This document shows, one piece after another, positions 18,709-27,402 of a stretch of 64,000 nt of DNA. Both the position numbers and the translations under genes were made by a program. This DNA is from a virus. The stretch lies in IMG/VR virus record IMGVR_UViG_3300018915_000002; one strand, written 5' to 3'. Within the stretch, counting starts at the first letter, position 1. Every line of letters begins with the position of its first letter. Under the pieces are notes generated by a model. The model searched no databases. It was not told the DNA's origin and worked only from the letters and a program-made list of their open reading frames with translations.

Positions 18709-20197
18709 CAAGAGGTCGCCAGAAGATACAACATAACCGCGTGTATCCCCACCCTCAGCGATAGCAGGGTGGGGCGGTAAGCGGGAAAAAGAGAGGGCTA
18801 AATGCCTTCTCTTTTTCCATATCAATTGGTATCATATTATATACAGTTTACTGCTAACCAATGCCCACCAGACGAGTTACCTTTCGCCTCTATCCCACTT
18901 CAGTGCAGGAACAAAAACTGCGCTGGGCACGGGCTATGCACAAGGATTTGTACAACTCGGCACTATCTAATCGTAAAACTCAGTACCAGAAGTTTGGAAA
19001 CAAAGTTGACTATTACCAACAGCAGGGTAGTCTGCCAGCCTTCAAGGAGGTGTGGACAGAATACAAGTTGCTCAATGCTGGTAGTTTGCAAGCCACTCTC
19101 AAACGGGTAGATTTTGCATATCAACGGTTCTTCCAGGGTTTAGGAAAATATCCTAGATTCAAGTCAATTCGTCATTATTCTGGGTGGACATATCCAGATA
19201 GCCGTCAAGGTTTCAAAGCCCACACCATAGGTTTTAACGGGTATCTGGAACTGACCGACTTGGGTATTCAAGTTCAATTAAGGGGGAAGGCAAGAATCTG
19301 GGGCAGACCAACAACCTGTACTATTGTTTACCGCAACAATAAGTGGTACGCATCAATAACAGTCGATATCAAGAATATCCAACGAGAACTGGGAACAGGT
19401 GCCATTGGAATTGATATCGGCTGTAAGTCGGCATTAGCTATCACTGATGGAGAAAATCATCAGTTAATAGAAGCGCCCAAGTTTCTCCGTAGTGCAGAAG
19501 CTCAGATTAAAAGAGCATCTAAATGCAAGAGGAGAAGGAGAGCGCCAAACCGTAAATCAAAAGTCAAAGCTTCTAGAAGATGGAAGAAAGCCTCTAACCG
19601 AGTAGGCAAGCTTACTCGCAAAGTAGCTAACCAGCGCCAGAACTGGGTTCATCAAGTGGCATCAGAAATCTCTTGCTGTAATAGCCTCGTTGCCACCGAA
19701 AAACTAGAAGTCAAGAACATGACCCGTAAAGCTAAAAAAGGTAAGCGGAAGAAACAGAAGGCGGGACTGAATAAATCTATCCTGGATGTTGGCTTTGGAA
19801 TGCTCAAGTCAGCAATTAGATACAAGATAGAAGAAGGTGGGGGACAGTTCATTGAAGTCCCCACCAAGAAAGTGAAGCCTTCTCAAACCTGCCCTAAATG
19901 CGGGAATCAGTATCCTAAGACACTAGATGAACGCACTCATCAATGCAGTGCGTGTGGCTACGAACAGGATCGGGATATCGCTTCTGCTGAAGTATGCCTT
20001 TACTGGGTCAAAGGTACTCTGCCGGGATTGGGAACCAGTCTCGTAGACGCAGATGGGTCTAGCTCTACTTTGTCACCCAAGACTCGCAAGAGTTGCGGAG
20101 GGATGAAGCAACTAGCCCAGAAGAAGCGTCAAAAATCTCAACCTGCTGTCGGGGATGCAGAAACCCCGACCTCCGCGTAGCAGGTCGGGCTAGTTCA
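18709..20197 (+). mobile_element. IS200/IS605-family (IS1341-type, tnpB only) element
   Basis: Left hairpin CCCCACCCT...AGGGTGGGG (18747-18774); right hairpin CCCGACCT...AGGTCGGG then TAGTTCA. Left boundary approximate. Confidence 0.8.
18861..20180 (+). CDS. tnpB: TnpB RNA-guided endonuclease
   Basis: FRLYPT, GIDIG, TEKL, CPKC/CSAC, DRD RuvC residues intact. Confidence 0.93.
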   Translation: MPTRRVTFRLYPTSVQEQKLRWARAMHKDLYNSALSNRKTQYQKFGNKVDYYQQQGSLPAFKEVWTEYKLLNAGSLQATLKRVDFAYQRFFQGLGKYPRFKSIRHYSGWTYPDSRQGFKAHTIGFNGYLELTDLGIQVQLRGKARIWGRPTTCTIVYRNNKWYASITVDIKNIQRELGTGAIGIDIGCKSALAITDGENHQLIEAPKFLRSAEAQIKRASKCKRRRRAPNRKSKVKASRRWKKASNRVGKLTRKVANQRQNWVHQVASEISCCNSLVATEKLEVKNMTRKAKKGKRKKQKAGLNKSILDVGFGMLKSAIRYKIEEGGGQFIEVPTKKVKPSQTCPKCGNQYPKTLDERTHQCSACGYEQDRDIASAEVCLYWVKGTLPGLGTSLVDADGSSSTLSPKTRKSCGGMKQLAQKKRQKSQPAVGDAETPTSA

Positions 20198-20223
20198 TTA
20201 ACCGGAGAATTTGAGGGAGCATC

Positions 20224-20736
20224 ATGTTCAATACCTTAGAAATAGACACATTGGTTGAGGGGCTTCAGTGCCTTGATGCCTCTGCCACATCCCCTGAAGA
20301 GCAAACAAGACTAACTCAACTAAGTGTCAAGGTGGCGAAACTACTAGGTTCCACACCTCCTATTCTTACCCAGCTAGAGGAATTTGAGAAGGAATGCATC
20401 CAGTGTGGGTTTGGATATCGCAACAAGGAGAATGCGATCGCCAAATTAGTGGAGGAATTCGACGAACTGATTGCCGCGATTGAATCGGAGCCTAAAGAGA
20501 GGCAGGAGGAGGAACTGGGGGATCTGCTGTACATGATTGTCAGCACCTGCCGCTTACATCGGCTGGATGCACAAAAGGCAGGGGACACAGTTGTTGCTAA
20601 ATTAAGGGGCAGGATAGAGTTGATGCGATCGCTTTCCTCAGTCCCGATTGGGGAACTTTCAGACGACGAGCAGACAGCATTACTAAGGGAAGTTAAGTCA
20701 CGGAGTTCCGTGGCACATATTCAGAATGATTTATGA
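20224..20736 (+). CDS. mazG: MazG-like NTP pyrophosphohydrolase
   Basis: KLVEEFDEL...EEELGDLLY. Confidence 0.8.
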   Translation: MFNTLEIDTLVEGLQCLDASATSPEEQTRLTQLSVKVAKLLGSTPPILTQLEEFEKECIQCGFGYRNKENAIAKLVEEFDELIAAIESEPKERQEEELGDLLYMIVSTCRLHRLDAQKAGDTVVAKLRGRIELMRSLSSVPIGELSDDEQTALLREVKSRSSVAHIQNDL

Positions 20737-21188
20737 ACCGCAATCAAAATCGCAACAGGAAGAAAAATCCTAATTTCAAGGCATTACTGGCAGATAGCTG
20801 GACTGAGTGGGAGTGGAGGAATCATCTCTCTGATCACGAGTTAGCCCCTGTGGGGTTAATTAAATGCTGCCTTAACAACAAATATTCGATTCAGTTTTAC
20901 CAAAAGGATACTGAGTGGGGAATCATTGACCACATCATAATTCGTCGTCATGACGAGAAACCAGTTCGATCCTGGTACGATTTACAGCGCATCAAAAATG
21001 AACTGGTAGGGGCATCCCGCACAGCAATTGAGGTGTTCCCGGCTGAAGAGGATTTAGTAGATCAGGCACACCTCTACCACCTGTGGGTGCTACCAGAGGA
21101 CTTCAAGATCCCCTTTGGTCTGCACTTCCAGCAATTTAGTAAGGGGACTGAACTAGAGAGGGAAGAATTAGAGGAGCTTTTCAATTGA
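20733..21188 (+). CDS. Conserved hypothetical phage protein
   Basis: SWYDLQRIKNELVG...AIEVFPAEEDLVD...YHLW motif. Confidence 0.7.
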   Translation: MNRNQNRNRKKNPNFKALLADSWTEWEWRNHLSDHELAPVGLIKCCLNNKYSIQFYQKDTEWGIIDHIIIRRHDEKPVRSWYDLQRIKNELVGASRTAIEVFPAEEDLVDQAHLYHLWVLPEDFKIPFGLHFQQFSKGTELEREELEELFN

Positions 21189-21592
21189 AGAAACTAAAAA
21201 CACTCCAAGACGTATACGACGCAATTCCGGAACTTGAGTGCAAGGGGCAGTGCCAGGAGTCCTGTGGCATTATTCCCTTTTTCCCTGCTGAAGCCAAGTC
21301 AATGGCTGAAAAGGGGATACCACAGCCGCGCTCTAATAGTAATTCTGTTACCTGCTCTGCACTACAAGAGGGCAGGTGTTCAATTTATCCAGATCGTCCC
21401 TTCATTTGCCGCCTCTGGGGAAATGTCCCTAAAATGGCGTGTCCTTGGGGCTGTAAACCACTCCGGTACTTAACAGCTATTGAGGAGAGGAGGCTAATTA
21501 TTGCCTTGCACAAGCTTTCTAAAGGGGAGGAGGAGACCAACTGGGTGAACTTCGATACCAATCCCTTGGAACTGCATCCTCCTCTGTTTTAG
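21185..21592 (+). CDS. YkgJ-family (CxxCxxCC-like) cysteine cluster protein
   Basis: CKGQCQESC...CSAL..GRCSIYPDRPFICR. Confidence 0.8.
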   Translation: MKKLKTLQDVYDAIPELECKGQCQESCGIIPFFPAEAKSMAEKGIPQPRSNSNSVTCSALQEGRCSIYPDRPFICRLWGNVPKMACPWGCKPLRYLTAIEERRLIIALHKLSKGEEETNWVNFDTNPLELHPPLF

Positions 21593-22080
21593 TCAGGGTG
21601 CGATCGCCCCAGCATTTGCGACGGCAGATATTCTGTGGCTTTGATATCCTTTGGATAGCATTGAGAATCTCAATCTAGCTGAAGTTTGGTTAGTCCAGCA
21701 GAAGCAGGAAGTCCGACAGCACTTTCCGTATCTGGGATGACGATAGCTCTCAGGGTAGTAACCCGCGATCGCACACTAAAATCTTAATTGAAAGCCGTCT
21801 CGATCTAGGCAGTAAGTATACTGCAAGTAGTTATTTGAGACGATCCTGATGGAAGCTTGGAAACAGGCTAAGAACAGAAAGATCAAAAAGGCTAGGGGTA
21901 ATTTTAGATTTTGGGTTTGGGAGATTTGGGCAGACAACCCGTCAATAATATTTGCCTTGAGTATTCCTTCTGTTTTTGCCAGAGAAAGGGAATATCTTTT
22001 AAAAGAGTGGAGGAGATGGGTTAAAGAAGAGTCAAAGCAGTCGATTTTTCGAGATTAAAGGAGGCAAATCGCAGGGAGGG

Positions 22081-22108
22081 TTGCAATTTCCTAAAAACCT
22101 CCTACAAT
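22081..22108 (+). promoter_or_regulatory. Promoter of the Y RNA / Ro60 unit
   Basis: TTGCAA-16 nt-TACAAT; predicted start near A22116, matching the Y RNA 5' end. Confidence 0.7.
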
Positions 22109-22115
22109 GTACTAC

Positions 22116-22177
22116 AGGGCTGAAGAGATGAGGTTACCGTATATTCTTACAACACCCTCTTCTCAATACCTTGCCCT
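22116..22177 (+). ncRNA. Minimal Y RNA (YrlB-like)
   Basis: 5' AGGGCTGAAG pairs with 3' CTTGCCCT (bulged Ro-binding helix); inner AGA.GAGG/CCTC.TCT helix; upstream of Ro60. Confidence 0.75.
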
Positions 22178-22183
22178 ACCCAC

Positions 22184-22309
22184 GCCAACGTAGCTCAGTG
22201 GTAGAGCAGCTAAAACGTCTCGATTCAATCCCTTGCTCTTTAGAGCTGAAGAATTTGAGGTTATCGCCTTGAAAGCAGCAGGTCTTAGGTTCAAATCCTA
22301 GCGTTGGCA
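22184..22309 (+). ncRNA. tRNA-Y RNA chimera: complete cloverleaf (anticodon loop CTTGAAA) with a 54-nt Ro-binding module in the anticodon stem
   Basis: GCCAACG/CGTTGGC-A acceptor, GCTC/GAGC D arm, TTAGG-TTCAAAT-CCTAG T arm; insert 22212-22265 contains CTTGCTC-TTTA-GAGCTGAAG. Confidence 0.8.
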
Positions 22310-22313
22310 TTTG

Positions 22314-22342
22314 AAAGGTCAGTTCTTCAGAGCTGACCTTTT
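22314..22342 (+). terminator. Terminator/attenuator between the RNAs and the Ro60 gene
   Basis: AAAGGTCAGTTCT-TC-AGAGCTGACCTTTT. Confidence 0.7.
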
Positions 22343-22364
22343 GTTGTTTGTAGGAGGCAAAACT

Positions 22365-23975
22365 ATGAATTATTCATTCTTTTTCGAGAAAAAAGTTCCC
22401 CAAACCCAACCGATTCCTGGACGAGAGTCAGAAATGATCCAAGGGCGAAGTGGCGGCTATATGTTTGCTGCCGATGTTTGGACGCGCCTACGCCGCTGTC
22501 TAATAATCGGGACAGCAGAAAGCACGTACTACGCAGATAAGAAGGAACTAACTGGTGAGTTTGCTGATGTTGTCAAGGAGGCGATCGCACTTGACCCAGA
22601 GCGAGTAGCAACTGAAATTTGGTATGCCTCAGATGGACACGCCATTAATAACAGTGCGCCTATTTTCGCACTGGTATTGCTGTCGGCAGCAGAAAGCAAA
22701 GAAGCGAAAAAGCACTTTAAAAAGTTGTTCCCCCAAGTCATCAGAACAGGGAGCCACCTATACGAGTGGCTGGGGTACACCCGGAAGATTCGGGGGATGG
22801 GGCGAATCATTCGAGAAGTAGCGAAGGAATGGTTGAGCCAAGATGTGAAGTCTCTGGCATACCAGTTACTGAAGTACCAGCAACGCTATGGGTTTAGCTC
22901 TCGTGATGTACTCAGGATATTTAAGCCAGTAGCCCCCAGTGTCCAGCACCAAGATCTGTTCTACTGGGTCACCAAGGGGTGGACAGATGCCGATCTAGGA
23001 ACCGTTGATGTTCATCCTCCAGAGTTAAAGCAGATCTGGTGGTTTGAATACCTCAAGCGTAATCCTGATAAGGGTGCGATCGCAGTGAGGGAAGGTCGCC
23101 TCACGCACGAGATGACCACTGGGGTTGCCAATATGAACAAGGAGGTTTGGCGAGAACTGTTCCTTGGAATGCCTATTGGGGCATTACTGAGAAACCTAGG
23201 TTCCTTAACGGAAATTGGGGTATTGCGTCCTGATGCGATCGCAGATCTGAACTTGGTTGACGAAAAACTAACCAACAAAGACTTGCTGCGTAAGGCGCGG
23301 ATTCATCCAATAGATATTCTCAAAGCTCTAAAAACGTATAAGAGTGGGGGAAGCCTTGGGAAATCAAGCAAGACGTGGAGTCCAGTTGGACGCATCAACG
23401 ACATACTCAACGAGGCGTTGAATTTGAGCTTTCAAACCCAGGAGCCAACTCAGAAATTGTTCCTTCACGCGATTGATGTATCTGGTTCAATGAGTGGGGC
23501 TGCTGCCAAGGGAGCAGCCGATCTTACCTGCTGTGAAATCGCCACTGTCATGGCATTAGTAACAGCGAAAGCTGAGAAGAACTACATCATAAAAGGATTC
23601 TCAAATCAATTTATTGATTTGGGAATTGACGCGAGTGATACCTTCTTTAGTGCGATGAGAAAAGCAAAGAATCACAACTATGGCAGTACTGATGCCTCCC
23701 TTGCTTATGAGTGGGCGCTAAAAGAGAAGATTGTAGTTGATATGTTCTGTTGTTGGACTGACAACGAGTCCTTCGCAGGAAGAAGGCACCCATCACAAGC
23801 TCTTGCTGAGTACAGAAAGAAGGTCAACCCAACTGCGAAGGCGGTGTATGTGAGTATGGCTCCATACGGCATAACCCAGGTCGATCCCAAAGACCCGTTG
23901 AGTTACGACATCGCTGGTTTTGACCCCAGCACCCCGAAGTACATCCAGATGTTGGCTTCTGGAGAGCTTAATTAA
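22365..23975 (+). CDS. rsr: Ro60-related TROVE + vWA RNA-binding protein
   Basis: SGGYMF, LRRCLIIGT, KYQQRYG, MPIGALLRNLG, ARIHP, DVSGSM (MIDAS), TDAS, TDNE, AGFD. AGGAGG ribosome-binding site before ATG 22365. Confidence 0.93.
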   Translation: MNYSFFFEKKVPQTQPIPGRESEMIQGRSGGYMFAADVWTRLRRCLIIGTAESTYYADKKELTGEFADVVKEAIALDPERVATEIWYASDGHAINNSAPIFALVLLSAAESKEAKKHFKKLFPQVIRTGSHLYEWLGYTRKIRGMGRIIREVAKEWLSQDVKSLAYQLLKYQQRYGFSSRDVLRIFKPVAPSVQHQDLFYWVTKGWTDADLGTVDVHPPELKQIWWFEYLKRNPDKGAIAVREGRLTHEMTTGVANMNKEVWRELFLGMPIGALLRNLGSLTEIGVLRPDAIADLNLVDEKLTNKDLLRKARIHPIDILKALKTYKSGGSLGKSSKTWSPVGRINDILNEALNLSFQTQEPTQKLFLHAIDVSGSMSGAAAKGAADLTCCEIATVMALVTAKAEKNYIIKGFSNQFIDLGIDASDTFFSAMRKAKNHNYGSTDASLAYEWALKEKIVVDMFCCWTDNESFAGRRHPSQALAEYRKKVNPTAKAVYVSMAPYGITQVDPKDPLSYDIAGFDPSTPKYIQMLASGELN

Positions 23976-24535
23976 AACAGACCACGGAACTCCGTGACGA
24001 GCTGGCTACTTCTAGCCAGCTTTTTTTTAAAGGGTAGCGATCGCACCAGTTGGGTACAACTCATCAAACGCTTGGATGAAGTTCAGCTTACCCTCTGGAC
24101 TACTGTCGTATTCCATCACATCGCCTGTAGACCAGCCATCGTCCCACCCAACAAGGCATTGAACTGTCACGCCTAGGGTACTACCAGGGACAAAGACATA
24201 AGGTTCCTGACCAATGCTTTTGATCTTGTGGAAGGCAAGTAGAACCCAAGCAATGGAAGCCTTTTCAACACGTTGGTGGCTCATGGATCTGGAATTTGGC
24301 ATACAAGGACAGTATCTCTGAAATCCGCCCATAGTATCCAGCATTAATTCGCTTTTTCCATCCTGTGATCGCCTCCTCCCCGACGAACAGTTCACAGGAA
24401 CCTATGAGCATCCTCTGTTGGGTAAGGGGGTTGGTGAAGTACGCCTTAATTCTTTCATTTGTTTCAATAAATTCGATCATCAAGTACTCTCAAAATAAGC
24501 GACAATAACTAATAGCTAAATAACAATTATTAGTT

Positions 24536-24772
24536 ATGTCCGAAAAATGTCAATCTATTTGGATTGTTCGCAGCCAAGTAGATGGTAAATACGTCTACTT
24601 GGGAGAGTATGCGTCTTGGATATCAGTAGGCACTGTCAAAAGCAAGATCTGGTTCAAGCTTATGTCAGAACCTGAATATAAAGGCAAAACTGCTGATGAG
24701 ATGCTACAGCAATTGGGGTGGAAAATCGTGCGAATTGGCTTTAAACATGAAGACGCAGTGGAGGAAACATGA
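24536..24772 (+). CDS. Hypothetical protein
   Basis: 78 aa, first gene of a long + strand operon. Confidence 0.55.
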   Translation: MSEKCQSIWIVRSQVDGKYVYLGEYASWISVGTVKSKIWFKLMSEPEYKGKTADEMLQQLGWKIVRIGFKHEDAVEET

Positions 24773-25038
24773 CCTACACCTACTGTAGAGAAACAGGTGG
24801 ACAAGTCAGGGAAGTTCTGTCTGTAGCTCGACATACAGAGGACAATAATTGGCTTGTCATCCACAGGGATTGGTTCAAGGCTAATACAACATCACTCGCA
24901 ACTCCCTTGGAAATATTCCAATCCTGCTACAGACCTATTCAATATGACTTCAATCAGAACAAGTGGGTAAGGAGCGATCGCAAATTTCCATTTCCAGAGG
25001 ACACGGAACTCCGTGACGAGGAGAAAGAGGATGCTTGA
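24769..25038 (+). CDS. DUF1653-like protein
   Basis: GG..EVLSVARHTE...LVI. Confidence 0.55.
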   Translation: MTYTYCRETGGQVREVLSVARHTEDNNWLVIHRDWFKANTTSLATPLEIFQSCYRPIQYDFNQNKWVRSDRKFPFPEDTELRDEEKEDA

Positions 25039-25987
25039 AGCCGAGATTAGATCGACTGCTACCCTTAAGGAAAAAGGGGTTGACTTTTGGGATCACCTAA
25101 AAGCGAGAAATTTAGAGTTTGCTACTCGGCTCTCTAGCTGCAACTCACGGTGGGCAGAACGAGCAGAGAAGTGCTGTGACAACCTCAAATTCAAGGAATG
25201 CATCAATGGATATTTGGTGTTCAAAAGTGCCTTCTTCTGTCGAGTCAGGGGATGCCCCTTATGTGAGTGGCGCAAATCGCGCAAGATAGCCAAGTTAATT
25301 GCTGCGGCTGTGAGCAGACACGGCGTTAAACGCAGTGATGAATGGCAGCAACTTACCCTTTGCATCGATCCTGTTCCAGTAGTGGCGCTAGAAAAAACGC
25401 TTGATGAATTTCGTGATGGGTTTGGTAGGCTCTCTCAGTTAAAAGCTTGGAGATTTAAGGGTGGATTTCAATTCCTTCAGTTTCAGTGGATAGGCGACGA
25501 AGTGAGAATATCTATCCACTTCTTGGGACTAACTTCACTCACCGGAGGTCGCAACTACGTCAGCAAGAAGAAATGGACGAACCTATGGAGGCAGAGCCTG
25601 CGTAGAGAATCTACTCCAATGGCAGAATTCCAGAGATTTGGGCAAATCCCCTTTAACTACGTTGCCCAGAAAAGCAAAATGCTCTCATGGCGATCGCTAA
25701 ACCTGGAATTATGTCCAGACAGTTGTTTTGCTGAAGCCGTTGATCAGATCCACAGGCGAAAGACCAATATAGGAATGGGCTGCTTCAGAAAAGCACTCAA
25801 TGAGGAGATCTGTATCCCACGACGCACAAACTACTACCCTTCTGAGGAAGCAAATCTGTGGGCAATGCGATCGCGCTACTTTGGCTATCTGCCCAATCCA
25901 GATAAGGATGACCATGATGATCAATACTTAGTGCTACCAGAGTACTGTTGGGATGAAGAATTAATTGCGGAACTCCGTGGCGAATAA
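25031..25987 (+). CDS. Degenerate Rep_1-family rolling-circle initiator-like protein
   Basis: FCRVRGCPLCEWRKSRK, QLTL, NYVSKKKWTNLWRQSL; the HUH position reads SIHFL. Confidence 0.65.
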   Translation: MLEAEIRSTATLKEKGVDFWDHLKARNLEFATRLSSCNSRWAERAEKCCDNLKFKECINGYLVFKSAFFCRVRGCPLCEWRKSRKIAKLIAAAVSRHGVKRSDEWQQLTLCIDPVPVVALEKTLDEFRDGFGRLSQLKAWRFKGGFQFLQFQWIGDEVRISIHFLGLTSLTGGRNYVSKKKWTNLWRQSLRRESTPMAEFQRFGQIPFNYVAQKSKMLSWRSLNLELCPDSCFAEAVDQIHRRKTNIGMGCFRKALNEEICIPRRTNYYPSEEANLWAMRSRYFGYLPNPDKDDHDDQYLVLPEYCWDEELIAELRGE

Positions 25988-26001
25988 GTTGAGGAATAAT
26001 C

Positions 26002-26388
26002 ATGAAATCAGGCGAAGACAGTCATGAGCGCAGAGAGCAGTTTGTTCAAGCTGTTACATCAGGGAACTGGGAGGCAGCTTCGGAACAGTTCATCTCTGTA
26101 CTGGCAGAGCGAGACAAGCTGTTCATCACGGCAAAAGCCCTCTGCATATACCTTTGCAGGGGAAATGAACAAGAAGCAGAAGCCACGCTCATTAGGTTTC
26201 TTAATCAACCAGTAGAACCACCTGATGAGGTAGTAGAACTCACTCCTGAACAGGTAAGGGTTGGGACGACTATCATAATGTCGCATTCAGAGCGACAGGA
26301 ATTTTTGGAGGCCAGTCCCGAACTCCGGAGAATGCTTGGATGGGAGCCAGATAATACAGGAGGTGCCGATGCTGGCGTGGAAAGTTGA
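26002..26388 (+). CDS. Hypothetical protein
   Basis: 128 aa with GAGGA ribosome-binding site. Confidence 0.6.
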   Translation: MKSGEDSHERREQFVQAVTSGNWEAASEQFISVLAERDKLFITAKALCIYLCRGNEQEAEATLIRFLNQPVEPPDEVVELTPEQVRVGTTIIMSHSERQEFLEASPELRRMLGWEPDNTGGADAGVES

Positions 26389-26938
26389 CGACGAGGAAAT
26401 CTCGGCGATTGTATTTGCGGCTACAGAAGAAGAGGCATCTCGTATTGGTGCAAATGAATTGTTTAGTGATGACGAATCGGTTGAGGTGGTGCGATCGCCT
26501 GAATATGACCAGTACGCGCACCAGGGTTATGTTCCCACCAAGGTGCTGTACGACGACTATTGGTGGTTTGAGTGCAGCAATTGTCAGTGCCGAGTTTCCT
26601 TATCTGATGAGGAGGATGACGATGGGAACCCCATCGATCCGGTGTTTGAAGAGAAACGACTATTCTGTAGTGCAGCGTGTCAGGAGGATCTTCGCGCCTT
26701 GGTTGCACAAGCAGGACAAGACAAGGAAGAGGCAAAATCAGACCTGTTGGCAATGCTGCCAGGAATTGAAATCAAGTCCTGCACTGGAGGGGGAGACTAT
26801 ATCGTAGCCATAGAACTCACCTTCCCAGGTGGGCGGTTCCCGGTCACCTGGACAAGTGAACTTCGGAGAGTATTCCTAGTCAACGAAGCCGATATGGAGG
26901 CTTGGAACGCATTCTCGTCTGTGACAAAACTGCCATAG
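26336..26938 (+). CDS. Hypothetical phage protein with CxxC
   Basis: RSPEYDQYA...WWFECSNC...FCSAAC; true start probably MLAWKV. Confidence 0.65.
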   Translation: MDGSQIIQEVPMLAWKVDDEEISAIVFAATEEEASRIGANELFSDDESVEVVRSPEYDQYAHQGYVPTKVLYDDYWWFECSNCQCRVSLSDEEDDDGNPIDPVFEEKRLFCSAACQEDLRALVAQAGQDKEEAKSDLLAMLPGIEIKSCTGGGDYIVAIELTFPGGRFPVTWTSELRRVFLVNEADMEAWNAFSSVTKLP

Positions 26939-27402
26939 CTTTAAAATATTTATTCATTTAGGCTTGCTCATTTTACAGAGCAAGCCTAAAATTTTTGTAG
27001 ATTCACAAAAAAAAGACACCCCCCGGTGTCTTGGATTTAAGGATTAATATATGAATGAATGGCTCCGAGGCGCTGCGGATTCGCCTTTGGTAATTTATGA
27101 TACAGCCTTTTCAGTAGGGGCGCAAGGGGAAAAATCCCTTCAAGGCGATCGCACAGTACGAATGTGCTATGATTTTTTAAAAGATTCGCTCCCAGGCGGG
27201 GCTTTAGATCTTGTCCATCTAAAGGTGCCTTTCAGGGAACGATTGAGTCCACTTACCCAATTAAGCGGAGCGCTATGAGGAATATTATAGGGCAGAGATT
27301 GTCCTGTCGGCAAGCTTTTTCAATTGTTTCAATAATGTCTTTACTTACAGGAAGCGATCATGCGATCGCTGGAAATGCTATGGCAACCCAGAAGGAGGTG
27401 GT

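Noticed and set aside
21593-21848. Possible ncRNA or pseudogene between the YkgJ-like gene and the Ro60 locus
   Set aside because: No convincing fold or recognisable homology by eye.
22184-22309. Ordinary tRNA-Ser(UGA), or a tRNA with a group I intron
   Set aside because: The insert is only 54 nt, lies in the stem rather than the loop, and matches the neighbouring Y RNA; the long variable arm and G73 of tRNA-Ser are absent.
22311-22364. TTG start for Ro60 given by the ORF track
   Set aside because: It runs through a terminator hairpin; ATG 22365 has an AGGAGG ribosome-binding site.
27051-27278. 75-aa ORF upstream of the initiator
   Set aside because: Lies in a probable promoter/regulatory gap and has no recognisable features.
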